A program made the position numbers and the translations under genes. Shown here one piece after another: positions 37,392 to 45,681 of a DNA stretch of 63,359 bases (positions are counted from its first letter, which is position 1; each line of letters begins with the position of its first letter). Source of the DNA: a virus (Duplodnaviria; Caudoviricetes); IMG/VR virus record IMGVR_UViG_3300030372_003104, positions 1 through 63,359 of that record; one strand, written 5' to 3'. The notes beneath the pieces were generated by a model. It worked only from the letters and a program-made list of their open reading frames with translations. It had not been told where the DNA came from and ran no database searches.

Positions 37392-37689
37392 CAATATAAA
37401 ATGATCATATGAGCTAAATAACTTTGAACTGTGATCAAGGTATATCCGAAAAATCGGTTTAACTGGCGTGAATACTTAGGGACGAAAAGATTTGCTAAAT
37501 CATATCCGCTTTTTTTGCACCCTCCAAAATGTTCAATCTCTACTTTAGGCATTCAACAGGTGCTGGAATTTTCAACTCTGGTTATGGCGTTGTCGCTCGC
37601 AAAATCTAGTTGGATTGGTCACCTACCAACAGGCTATAATGTCAAAAATCAAACTCTCTACTGTCACTAGAGCTGAGGTAATTTTTCCC

Positions 37690-38320
37690 TCACTTTCTTA
37701 ACCAATAAATTAAAAAAAGATATAGTGCAAGCTAATATTTCATTATTTCTCATAATTAATCATAACAATTTAGTTGTTAGTTGTAAGTTGTTAATGGTTA
37801 ATGAGTTATGAGAACATTAAAAATAATGATGATCTATTATAAATCATCATAATGATCTAAAAATTAGACTAGCAGAACAACAAAATATCCTAACAACTTT
37901 CCAAGATATTTTTGAAAAGTGTTATATCGTCGTAATGCATCAAGGCTATAATAGTGCCATATCAACCTCAAACGCCATATGAGCCATTTATGAAGCATTA
38001 TGAGGATATTGTAGTGAGTATATATATTTATGGTAATTGTATAACTGACAATGGATAGTTTATAATTACCATAGAGCAATGGTAACAACTCAGTTGTTAA
38101 TTGTCCACTGTACATGATCATCATCACCGCTTGATTATTAACAGAGGTTAACCATCCATAACCGATCATTGTTAACAGATCTGAATAGTTAACAGGGGTT
38201 AATTATCAACTGTTCATGATCAACCACGCCACCCCCTACCCCCCGATTTTTTGTGTGCCGCCCCCCTATGTATATGTGTGTACAAGAAAAAATTTGACTA
38301 TATATCAACCACCCATATAG
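37690..38320. other. AT-rich non-coding divergence region with C-tracts; candidate genome end/packaging site or origin
   Basis: Separates leftward early genes from rightward structural genes. Contains CCACGCCACCCCCTACCCCCCG...CCGCCCCCC at 38224-38266. Confidence 0.45.
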
Positions 38321-38326
38321 GTACCC

Positions 38327-38599
38327 ATGCCCAACATAAAAAAACAAGAATACTATAGGAAAAACAAGGAGAAACGTCTAGAATACCAACGAGAATACTA
38401 TGAGCAAAATAAAGAGCGTATAAGAAAAAATCGCACAACTAGAATGGCTAAAGAACCAGAGCGCATCGAAAAAGAAAAGCGGTATAACAAAGAATACTAC
38501 GAGAAACACAAACACGATATTTTGGAGCGTCGTAAGCGGAAAAGAGCGAAAGGAAAGCCGCCCACTAAACACCGCCCATTATACAAAGATGAGCGGTAG
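38327..38599 (+). CDS. Basic protein with YY.KNKE-type repeats
   Basis: EYYRKNKE, EYYEQNKE and EYYEKHKH repeats. TTGACT-N16-TATAGG lies just upstream (38294-38321). Confidence 0.6.
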   Translation: MPNIKKQEYYRKNKEKRLEYQREYYEQNKERIRKNRTTRMAKEPERIEKEKRYNKEYYEKHKHDILERRKRKRAKGKPPTKHRPLYKDER

Positions 38600-38786
38600 A
38601 ATGAGCGATATCGGAGTCTTCAAAAGAAACCAAAAGAGTTAATAAATATACAGTTACATTCAAGTTGAAAACTATTTTTAAAAGGTGTATACAGTTTCAT
38701 GCAAATGCAGGAAACTGAGAACAATATATAGAAAAGTATTTATATATATATATGTATAGTCAATTTTTTTCTAACTAAGTAAAACT

Positions 38787-39242
38787 ATGATAAAAGAAAC
38801 ATTAAAAAGACCTGTCCCTAAAGCATCTAACTATGAAGTAGACGAGCATGGGTTCATCTACAGAGGTAGACAAAGGATATCCCAACGCTATCGAAGTGGT
38901 CGGTGGTATTCCCAAATTAGAGGTGATGACGGACGTAATTATACAATCGAAGGCATTAAACTCGCTGAACATGTATTTGGAGAAGACCTCCAACTTAGTC
39001 GGAACGATATACTCAATTCGCTAAAGGCTAAGATTATCGAAGAGTTCCCTCGATACGCTATCACGAGTTATGGAGCTGTTTACTGTATCCAACCTCCCCG
39101 AAGAGGCCCGAAAGCAGGGCAGCGATTCTTAGTAAGTGAAAAAGAGCAGCATGGAAAGAAGTACGTGACACTCTATCACATCGACGGGAGACGGAGGACG
39201 GTACAAGTTAATAAGCTAGTCCAAGCTTCGTGGGGATATTAA
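38787..39242 (+). CDS. Tandem NUMOD4-like domain protein without a recognisable HNH core
   Basis: PVPKASNYEVDEHGFIY and IIEEFPRYAITSYGAVY...YVTL...G.RRT..V.KLV. Confidence 0.55.
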   Translation: MIKETLKRPVPKASNYEVDEHGFIYRGRQRISQRYRSGRWYSQIRGDDGRNYTIEGIKLAEHVFGEDLQLSRNDILNSLKAKIIEEFPRYAITSYGAVYCIQPPRRGPKAGQRFLVSEKEQHGKKYVTLYHIDGRRRTVQVNKLVQASWGY

Positions 39243-39281
39243 GAGGTTGTTTTTCAAGTAAAAAGATTTAATTTATTAAGG

Positions 39282-41501
39282 ATGTACGAAGCTACTGCAA
39301 GTTTAAACGCCTTGGAAGAACTAGGCAGCCTTGATGAAAAAGGTAACCCTGTTGAATCACGACTAAAAGATGTCAAAAGTGCTCTTAGCATTTTCGAGAA
39401 CTTACGTCGTGCAGATGAACAGTCCTCGATCAATCGGGCAAGAGTCGATGCTATGTTTGACGGAGCCAATCCGTATAATCAAAGTGCTCTTGCTTCTAGT
39501 GGTCAGGGTCTTAAAACAAATTTAAATTTTGGGGAGGCTCAACGTCTACTGGATATTTCTTTATCTGCTTACGTTGACTTATACTCTTCACTTGAAAAAC
39601 TAGTAGAGGTAAAATCTACTCAAGGTAACGCAACTGAAGTTGGGCGGTTCGAAGATATCGTATCTGAAGAGATCACTCAGTTACTTCGATGCTGGCCTGA
39701 GTTCCACTCGTTATACTTACGGCTTTGTACTACTTTCATAAAACACGGTGTCGCTGTTACATACTTCGATACTCCAGATGATTGGAAGTTTAGAGTAGGC
39801 GGTTTTGCAGATATGCTTATACCACGCCAGACTCCAGCTTCTGAAGCTATGATCGATATTGCTATCGGTCGTAGAGAGTATCACCTACATGAGTTGTTCG
39901 CTTTTATCAAAAACGAAAAAGCCGCTGCCAGAGTAGGTTGGAATGTTGACGAAGTAAAACGAGTCATAATGAAATGTGCATCGACTAATGGACGCAAGCG
40001 CAATGTGAATTATGAGAGTTGGGAAACCTTACAACAAGAATTCAAGAACAACGATATACACGAAGGGCATAACAACCCTACGGTATCTGTGTTACATCAT
40101 TGGGTTCGTGAAATGGATGGCTCTATCTCTCATTACATCTGTAGTGAAAAAGACGCTAAAGACTTTTTATACAAAAAGATTTCTCGTTATGATAAGCCAG
40201 AACATGCATATGTTATGTTTACTTATGGTGTCGGTTCGAATGGGACGTACCACTCCATTCGGGGTTTGGGCCATCGGATCTTCAACCATATTCAAACGAG
40301 CAATCGCTTGAGGTGTCAGATGATCGATGGTGCAATGTTAGGGTCAGCAGTGATGATCCAACCAGAGAACCAGAGGGCGTTAGATGAATTAGGGTTCACT
40401 TACTACGGAGCTTACGCTGTACTCTCCCCGAATGTGAATATAATAGAAAAAGCAGTACCGAATCTAAGTACTGCAGTTAAACCAGCTCTTGAAGATATAT
40501 CCAATCAGTTAGCACTAAACACTGATACGGTGAGCACTTACGGCCCTCAACAGAGTTCACCGTACAAAAATCAGATGCAGGTCGTAGCTGACATGGATGT
40601 ACAAACTAGATTGTCAGGTGCATCATTGAATCTGTTCTACGCATCATGGAATCGTTTACTACGAGAAGTTGTCAGACGAATTGTAACAACGAAGAAGTCT
40701 GATCCGATGTTAAAAGATTTCTATGAGCGATGTGCAATGAGAGGTGTACCAGAGAACTTTATCCGTTCACTCGATACGATGAGAACTAAAGCAGTTCGTT
40801 CTATTGGTAATGGTTCATATGCAAATAGATTAGTAGCACTGAAAGAGTTGCAAGCGATCAGTGGTTCATTTGATGAGACAGGTCGTAGGAACTTAACTCG
40901 TGACATTGTATCAACTAGAGTTGGTCATGATTTAGCTGACAGGTATACACCGCAACAGTCAGAGCCTAGACCGACTATTGATTCTAAGATTGCGTATCTT
41001 GAGAACCAAGAGTTGATGGCTGGTGAGGCAGTGCCAGTTGTTGATGCAGAGATGCACGGTGCTCATTTGAATGTGCATCTACCTGAGTTAAACCAACTTA
41101 TTGAAGAATTGAATCAGGGAGCTGCAGATCCTGTCCAGTCATTACCTGCACTACAAGCTTTCTACCAACACATATCTGAGACTGTTCAGTTTATTGCGTC
41201 AGACCCAACTCAACAGGGAATGGTAGGAGCAGCTAAACAAGTCTTGAATTTTGCTGAAGAGATGATTAATAATACATCTAAGCAAGTTCAGAAGATGCAA
41301 CGTGATCAGATGGAACAACAAGGAGGATCACCTGAAGGTGCTGAACAGAATGCTTTATCAATGAAGATGCAAGAGCATCAAATGAAATTAGATATGGCGA
41401 GACAGAAAGCAGAACTGGACATGGAGTTAAAACAAGCTAAGTTCAGACAAGAGCAAGCTATAGAAGATGCAAAGACAGTAGCGAAGCTCCGTGAAAACTA
41501 A
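39282..41501 (+). CDS. Portal protein
   Basis: 739-aa helical protein with a Q/M-rich C-terminal coiled-coil barrel typical of podophage portals. Upstream of the scaffold and capsid genes. Confidence 0.75.
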   Translation: MYEATASLNALEELGSLDEKGNPVESRLKDVKSALSIFENLRRADEQSSINRARVDAMFDGANPYNQSALASSGQGLKTNLNFGEAQRLLDISLSAYVDLYSSLEKLVEVKSTQGNATEVGRFEDIVSEEITQLLRCWPEFHSLYLRLCTTFIKHGVAVTYFDTPDDWKFRVGGFADMLIPRQTPASEAMIDIAIGRREYHLHELFAFIKNEKAAARVGWNVDEVKRVIMKCASTNGRKRNVNYESWETLQQEFKNNDIHEGHNNPTVSVLHHWVREMDGSISHYICSEKDAKDFLYKKISRYDKPEHAYVMFTYGVGSNGTYHSIRGLGHRIFNHIQTSNRLRCQMIDGAMLGSAVMIQPENQRALDELGFTYYGAYAVLSPNVNIIEKAVPNLSTAVKPALEDISNQLALNTDTVSTYGPQQSSPYKNQMQVVADMDVQTRLSGASLNLFYASWNRLLREVVRRIVTTKKSDPMLKDFYERCAMRGVPENFIRSLDTMRTKAVRSIGNGSYANRLVALKELQAISGSFDETGRRNLTRDIVSTRVGHDLADRYTPQQSEPRPTIDSKIAYLENQELMAGEAVPVVDAEMHGAHLNVHLPELNQLIEELNQGAADPVQSLPALQAFYQHISETVQFIASDPTQQGMVGAAKQVLNFAEEMINNTSKQVQKMQRDQMEQQGGSPEGAEQNALSMKMQEHQMKLDMARQKAELDMELKQAKFRQEQAIEDAKTVAKLREN

Positions 41502-41506
41502 TAAAC

Positions 41507-41800
41507 ATGCCGAGAAAACAATATGTTCCTATCCCTGTTGATAGGTTCCGAAAAGATGTCAAAAGAGTTACAACATTGCGAAATCTCGTGGAAGATCCGA
41601 TACATGAAGAAGCAGCAGCGACGCTTAAAGAGGCAGCCGCCCCTTCTTTCGGCAGCGTTACCACCGATGGTACTCTCAACGGAACAAGGCTCGCCTACTA
41701 TGCTGGGTATTGTGATGCTTTTAGAGATTTACACAAACTAACTAAAATAGAACCAGATAAACCAACAACACCTGAAGAATGGAATCACATACAGCCGTAG
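41507..41800 (+). CDS. Small head-morphogenesis-region protein
   Basis: Lies between portal and scaffold. Contains YYAGY.DAF..L..L. Confidence 0.6.
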   Translation: MPRKQYVPIPVDRFRKDVKRVTTLRNLVEDPIHEEAAATLKEAAAPSFGSVTTDGTLNGTRLAYYAGYCDAFRDLHKLTKIEPDKPTTPEEWNHIQP

Positions 41801-42981
41801 AAGAAGCACCTACACAAGAATCAACCGACATTGCTCCAGATAACGCTTTAGAGAATCTACCACCAGTAGATCCCCCAGAGGAGTCTATGAGCTTCACAGA
41901 CGCATTAGAAGCGGCTCTAAACCCACTTAAAGAAGAACCTGTTGAAGAAACTGCAGAGGAGTCTACTGAAGAGCCAACTGAGCAACCTGCAGAGGAGTCT
42001 ACTTCAGAGACAACTGAACAGGAATCTACCGAGAACACAGAGTCTAGTGAGCCTATTGAAGACCTATCGGAAGATGTTGGAGATAACTGGACTCCAAAAG
42101 CAGCAAATAGATTTAAGAAACTTAAAGAAGAGTTAAAAAGTAATCAGTCAGAGACAGACCAACTAAGACAACAACTTGAAGATCAAGAACAAAAAATTAA
42201 AGAGATGTCAGGTCTTGTCGAAAATCGAGACATTGACCAGTTGCAAGAAAAGGTTAGTTCATATGAGAGAGATAAAGTCATAAGCGATCTCGAAAGTACA
42301 GAAGCTTATGCAGAAGCTGTTAGCCAACCTTTACAAAAAATAATTAGCCAAGCAGAAGAGATTGCAGATAAGTATGATGTAGATCCTGATGCTTTGATTG
42401 ATGCGATTTCTCTCGATGAAGCGGAGAAACAAGACGAAGCACTTTTGAAATTGTTACCTAATGCTTCAGATAGGGACAAAGCTAAACTATATAACATCAT
42501 CGATCAGATTGACCCTGTGCTCGAAAGGCGTAACCATTTGATGGAAAACGCACAAGAGGCATTAGAAGAAGCTCAAGCGATAGAAGAACAACGTCGTAAC
42601 GAAGAAATTGCTGAAGACGCTAGGATTCGTAAAGTAGTTACTAAGAATGTTGCACAAAGAGTTACTGAAAAACTTCCGTTCTTGGGAGGAGTAGAAGGTT
42701 TTGATATGTCTTCGATACAAGAAGATGTTTCCGAACTTAATCCAGAGACACTACATCCAGTTGATTTCGCTTATAACGCTGTCGCTTCGAAGCTATTACC
42801 TGTTATTGTTAAAGAATATTTACAAGCACGTAGAGAAGCAGAGTCACTTACTGATCAGTTAGCGACTTACGAAGATGCAGAGCCTACAATGTCTGGCACA
42901 CCTAAAGGGGATAGTACTAAGCCTGTAGCTAGTGATTTAAGTTTTGAGGATGCTATTGAACATGCGTTAGGCGGGCGTTAA
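41779..42981 (+). CDS. Capsid scaffolding protein
   Basis: Acidic disordered N-terminus, RFKKL..E coiled coil, short C-terminal helix, and position. Confidence 0.7.
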   Translation: MESHTAVEEAPTQESTDIAPDNALENLPPVDPPEESMSFTDALEAALNPLKEEPVEETAEESTEEPTEQPAEESTSETTEQESTENTESSEPIEDLSEDVGDNWTPKAANRFKKLKEELKSNQSETDQLRQQLEDQEQKIKEMSGLVENRDIDQLQEKVSSYERDKVISDLESTEAYAEAVSQPLQKIISQAEEIADKYDVDPDALIDAISLDEAEKQDEALLKLLPNASDRDKAKLYNIIDQIDPVLERRNHLMENAQEALEEAQAIEEQRRNEEIAEDARIRKVVTKNVAQRVTEKLPFLGGVEGFDMSSIQEDVSELNPETLHPVDFAYNAVASKLLPVIVKEYLQARREAESLTDQLATYEDAEPTMSGTPKGDSTKPVASDLSFEDAIEHALGGR

Positions 42982-43346
42982 GCTCCCCACATAACACGAA
43001 CTCTAAACATTTCGGATCTGATCCAATCGTAGATCTTACCATTGGAATCTTTGTACTGTAGTCTAAACGAAATATACTCGTTAAAGTTACTACGAATCGG
43101 TACAAATGGTCTGTGCCAAAGGAACTCTGGATCTATTATTCCGTCTTGATCTACTTGTTTTACCTCTACAATATACCAGATAGGTCGATCAAACGTAGAG
43201 TCTGATACCCAACCAAGAGTTACCCACCCACTATAGATGTCATGTTCTATAGTTATTTCAGGTACTGGAGGTACGGTTCCCCAATGATCATCTGCTTGAA
43301 GTAATGGGGCTATACTACAAAACAGGGCTGTTAACAGCCATCTCAC
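42978..43346 (-). CDS. Hypothetical exported protein
   Basis: Signal-peptide-like MRWLLTALFCSIAPLLQA followed by a beta-rich domain. Confidence 0.55.
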   Translation of the reverse strand: MRWLLTALFCSIAPLLQADDHWGTVPPVPEITIEHDIYSGWVTLGWVSDSTFDRPIWYIVEVKQVDQDGIIDPEFLWHRPFVPIRSNFNEYISFRLQYKDSNGKIYDWIRSEMFRVRVMWGA

Positions 43347-43347
43347 A

Positions 43348-43641
43348 TTAATGCTCCTTTGGTACTCCGTTATATAATTTAGACATTACCTTATCCATAT
43401 CCATTTCTAGCATTCCAATTTTTAAATCCTGTCTTACGTCTGATGGTAAAGACCCAGAACCCCACTTACCTGCGGGCCAAAGTTTAACAAACTCTGAGTT
43501 CTCGCTTACATCTTTAGCGATCATCTGTATTTGAAAATCGTTGTGTTGAACATCTGACTGCAATTTAGATGCCCACCACACAATGCCAGCAGCCTGTACT
43601 ACAAGACCTATTCCTAAAGATAATAAAGTTTTAGTGTCCAT
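43348..43641 (-). CDS. Hypothetical membrane-anchored protein
   Basis: N-terminal TM helix ending IVWWASKL. Confidence 0.65.
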   Translation of the reverse strand: MDTKTLLSLGIGLVVQAAGIVWWASKLQSDVQHNDFQIQMIAKDVSENSEFVKLWPAGKWGSGSLPSDVRQDLKIGMLEMDMDKVMSKLYNGVPKEH

Positions 43642-43644
43642 TAA

Positions 43645-43899
43645 CTATTTATCCTTCATTCTTTTCTCGACCGCATCCATAAAAGAAATAACAACGGCTG
43701 TGCCTTTTTCGCCTTTTGGTTTTTCTTCTTTAGACTTAGCAGCTTTCTTCTGAGCCTCTTCACTTAGATCATCAAAGTGAAAAAGTTTTTCACTAGACTT
43801 ATTGTGTGTTTTACCTGTATGGATTTCTCCGTTAGGCATCTTGTGTGATTCTCCTTTATAGAGAGTTCCGTCTTTTAGATAGTGTGCAACACCTTTCAT
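43645..43899 (-). CDS. Small His-rich protein (H.MP.G..HTG.TH) with a C-terminal SFMDAVE motif
   Basis: From the translation. ATGA-coupled. Confidence 0.65.
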   Translation of the reverse strand: MKGVAHYLKDGTLYKGESHKMPNGEIHTGKTHNKSSEKLFHFDDLSEEAQKKAAKSKEEKPKGEKGTAVVISFMDAVEKRMKDK

Positions 43900-44177
43900 T
43901 TTTTGTTCTTTCTTTTATATTTGAATTGTCCAGTAGCTCTGGTAGCTCTTAGGAAAGCTTTTCGTTCTGCCTCAGTGTATTTAGCTCTCTGCTCTCCTTT
44001 AGCAGTAGCTTTTCTTTTTCTACGTGTACCCGCTGCGTATTTAGCTGATGATAAAGACTTTATAGCTCTTGCAGGTAAGTAACGCTCACCTGTTTCAGCA
44101 GAAGGTTTACCTGATTTAGTACGCCACTTTTGTTTAGTCCACGCTTTCAAACTTTTCTGTGATTTACGTAAAGGCAT
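43896..44177 (-). CDS. Highly basic protein (DUF5872-like, C-terminal half)
   Basis: QKSLKAWTKQKWRTKSGK...GERYLP. Confidence 0.65.
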   Translation of the reverse strand: MPLRKSQKSLKAWTKQKWRTKSGKPSAETGERYLPARAIKSLSSAKYAAGTRRKRKATAKGEQRAKYTEAERKAFLRATRATGQFKYKRKNKK

Positions 44178-44380
44178 TATGTATAACCTCCCCCACGTTT
44201 TTTGTATTCAGAAGCTAGTAGCTGTGCTTTTCTAGCAGACCATTGGCCTGATCTACCTCCTTTTGACCCACGCATAATTTTCCTAAAGAGGTTTTTACGC
44301 ATAGTAGGTTTAGTATAATTACCAGCTTCGTTGACTCTGGATTTACCTTTTACAAATTTTCCTCTTCCTTTTCGTTTCAT
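44177..44380 (-). CDS. Highly basic protein (DUF5872-like, N-terminal half)
   Basis: YTKP..R..L...GSKGG..GQWSARKAQLL..EYKKRGGGY. Confidence 0.65.
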   Translation of the reverse strand: MKRKGRGKFVKGKSRVNEAGNYTKPTMRKNLFRKIMRGSKGGRSGQWSARKAQLLASEYKKRGGGYT

Positions 44381-44673
44381 TACCAAAGTTTTCTACATGC
44401 CCAATAACGAGCGGTTGTTTTATCTTTTGCAGTAGCACAGTTATGTCTGGCTCTGAAGTTCTTACGTCTTTTAGGGTTCTTATGTTGTCTAAAATCTTGG
44501 TAATCTCTATGTCCAAAACCTACCTTTTTAATCTTATCTCCTTGTTTTCCAAGTACAACAAACTTCTTTTTACTACCAGCAGGAGCTTTTTTAGGTTTAT
44601 TAAACCCTGCAAATATCTCACCGTGGTACTTAATTTTACCTGATGGGAGTCTTGTAAACCTACCTTTAGCCAT
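44380..44673 (-). CDS. Highly basic protein (DUF5754-like)
   Basis: KKF.V...K.V.FG..DY.DF..HK.PKRR..FRARH.C...K....YW. Confidence 0.65.
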   Translation of the reverse strand: MAKGRFTRLPSGKIKYHGEIFAGFNKPKKAPAGSKKKFVVLGKQGDKIKKVGFGHRDYQDFRQHKNPKRRKNFRARHNCATAKDKTTARYWACRKLW

Positions 44674-44723
44674 TTGTTAAAATTTTTTCTGGTTATTTAA
44701 ATTATCTTGTGCATATTAAGGTC

Positions 44724-44918
44724 ATGAAACTTAAACAGTTACTATGTGCCTTGTTCTTAGCGTTTGCCGCTTTCTGTAATATATCATGTGAAACTACAGA
44801 TGCAAAGGTAGGACTGCCTATACCATTCACTGATCCAGCTACTAGAGTTGCTGTAGATGTGAAGGCTGCGGTATTACCACCTAAATTCTGTATCGGTCTT
44901 GATATCCAACAAGACTAA
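44724..44918 (+). CDS. Small putative lipoprotein
   Basis: MKLKQLLCALFLAFAAFCNIS-C signal peptide and lipobox-like Cys. Confidence 0.5.
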   Translation: MKLKQLLCALFLAFAAFCNISCETTDAKVGLPIPFTDPATRVAVDVKAAVLPPKFCIGLDIQQD

Positions 44919-44972
44919 CAGCTATTTGCTTTATATTTTTCTTAGTGTATTATTATGTAAATAATACACACT

Positions 44973-45428
44973 ATGGCATATAAATTTAAACTCAAAGCGA
45001 AGCCACGGAGCAAAAGATCACGCTTCGGTGGTTCAGGTAGTCCTTCTAAAAGAACTAGAGGAGGCTCAATGAGCCGTCTTAAAAAGAAAACTGACAAAGG
45101 ATCTAAAGGAGCCGAAGGTAAAAAAGGGTCTAAACCTTTAACAGATAGGCAGAAAAGCTATGTGAAGAAAGGATATGGTAAGTCAGGTATAGTAGAAGGA
45201 AAAGGCGGGTTCGGGTTACCAGCCCCTAAAAATTTTAAGTCTAAAGAAGAGAAGACAAAAGCAGAAAAAGAAGCAGAAGCTAATGTTAATAAACGATTAG
45301 CTAACAGGGCTAAAGATAAAGAAGCCCAAAGAAAGTATTTCCAAAGGCAGAAAGATAAGGAAAAGAATAAAAACGGGCAGGGAAAGAATAGGAATACATA
45401 TAAGGGTATGCCAATGATCAATAAATAA
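44973..45428 (+). CDS. Very basic K/R/G/S-rich protein, possible DNA-condensing core protein
   Basis: Amino-acid composition. Directly upstream of the capsid gene. Confidence 0.6.
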   Translation: MAYKFKLKAKPRSKRSRFGGSGSPSKRTRGGSMSRLKKKTDKGSKGAEGKKGSKPLTDRQKSYVKKGYGKSGIVEGKGGFGLPAPKNFKSKEEKTKAEKEAEANVNKRLANRAKDKEAQRKYFQRQKDKEKNKNGQGKNRNTYKGMPMINK

Positions 45429-45435
45429 TTCCTTA

Positions 45436-45647
45436 TTGACTTTCCATAAGAATAAATTTATTTTTACCTATCGCATTTAGATAGGTTGCTCTAGCCATAT
45501 AATTAGTTCAGTCTGCTTGTGATCAGAGCTACGTCTCTTGGACATAAATCTTGTAAGGTTGCTCTAGCCTTAACTAGTTCTATTTAATCAAGGTTTATAA
45601 TAACTAATTAACTAGATCGCTTACCCGCCTGAAAGGGGAGTGGTCTG
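45436..45647 (+). promoter_or_regulatory. Capsid promoter and structured 5' leader with a duplicated motif
   Basis: TTGACT-N17-TATTTT at 45436. AGGTTGCTCTAGCC...TAGTTC at 45483 and 45556. G-U-rich hairpin at 45613-45647. Confidence 0.55.
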
Positions 45648-45681
45648 CACTAATATACAACTTAACTAATTATTTAATAAA

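Larger units (their letters stand above)
32064..38100. repeat. Dispersed 19-bp palindrome TTAACAACT-C-AGTTGTTAA, about 16 copies
   Basis: Exact or 18/19 copies start at 32064, 33262, 34321, 34762, 35288, 35375, 35676, 35877, 36214, 36229, 36484, 36592, 37059 and 38082. Variants at 37213 (inverted, 1 mismatch) and 37762. None seen elsewhere in the genome. Confidence 0.97.

Noticed and set aside
32064-38100. CRISPR array
   Set aside because: The repeats are only 19 bp and are separated by 0 to about 1200 bp containing whole genes. There is no cas operon, and the Cas4-like gene is the usual phage replication nuclease.
37431-38169. ORFs 37431..37670 (+) and 37864..38169 (-)
   Set aside because: Atypical composition, set in an AT-rich, hairpin-rich regulatory region. 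Probably chance ORFs.
45483-45580. preQ1-I riboswitch (CUAG-containing hairpin)
   Set aside because: It lacks the 5-bp P1 with a long loop and the A-rich 3' tail, and no queuosine genes are nearby.
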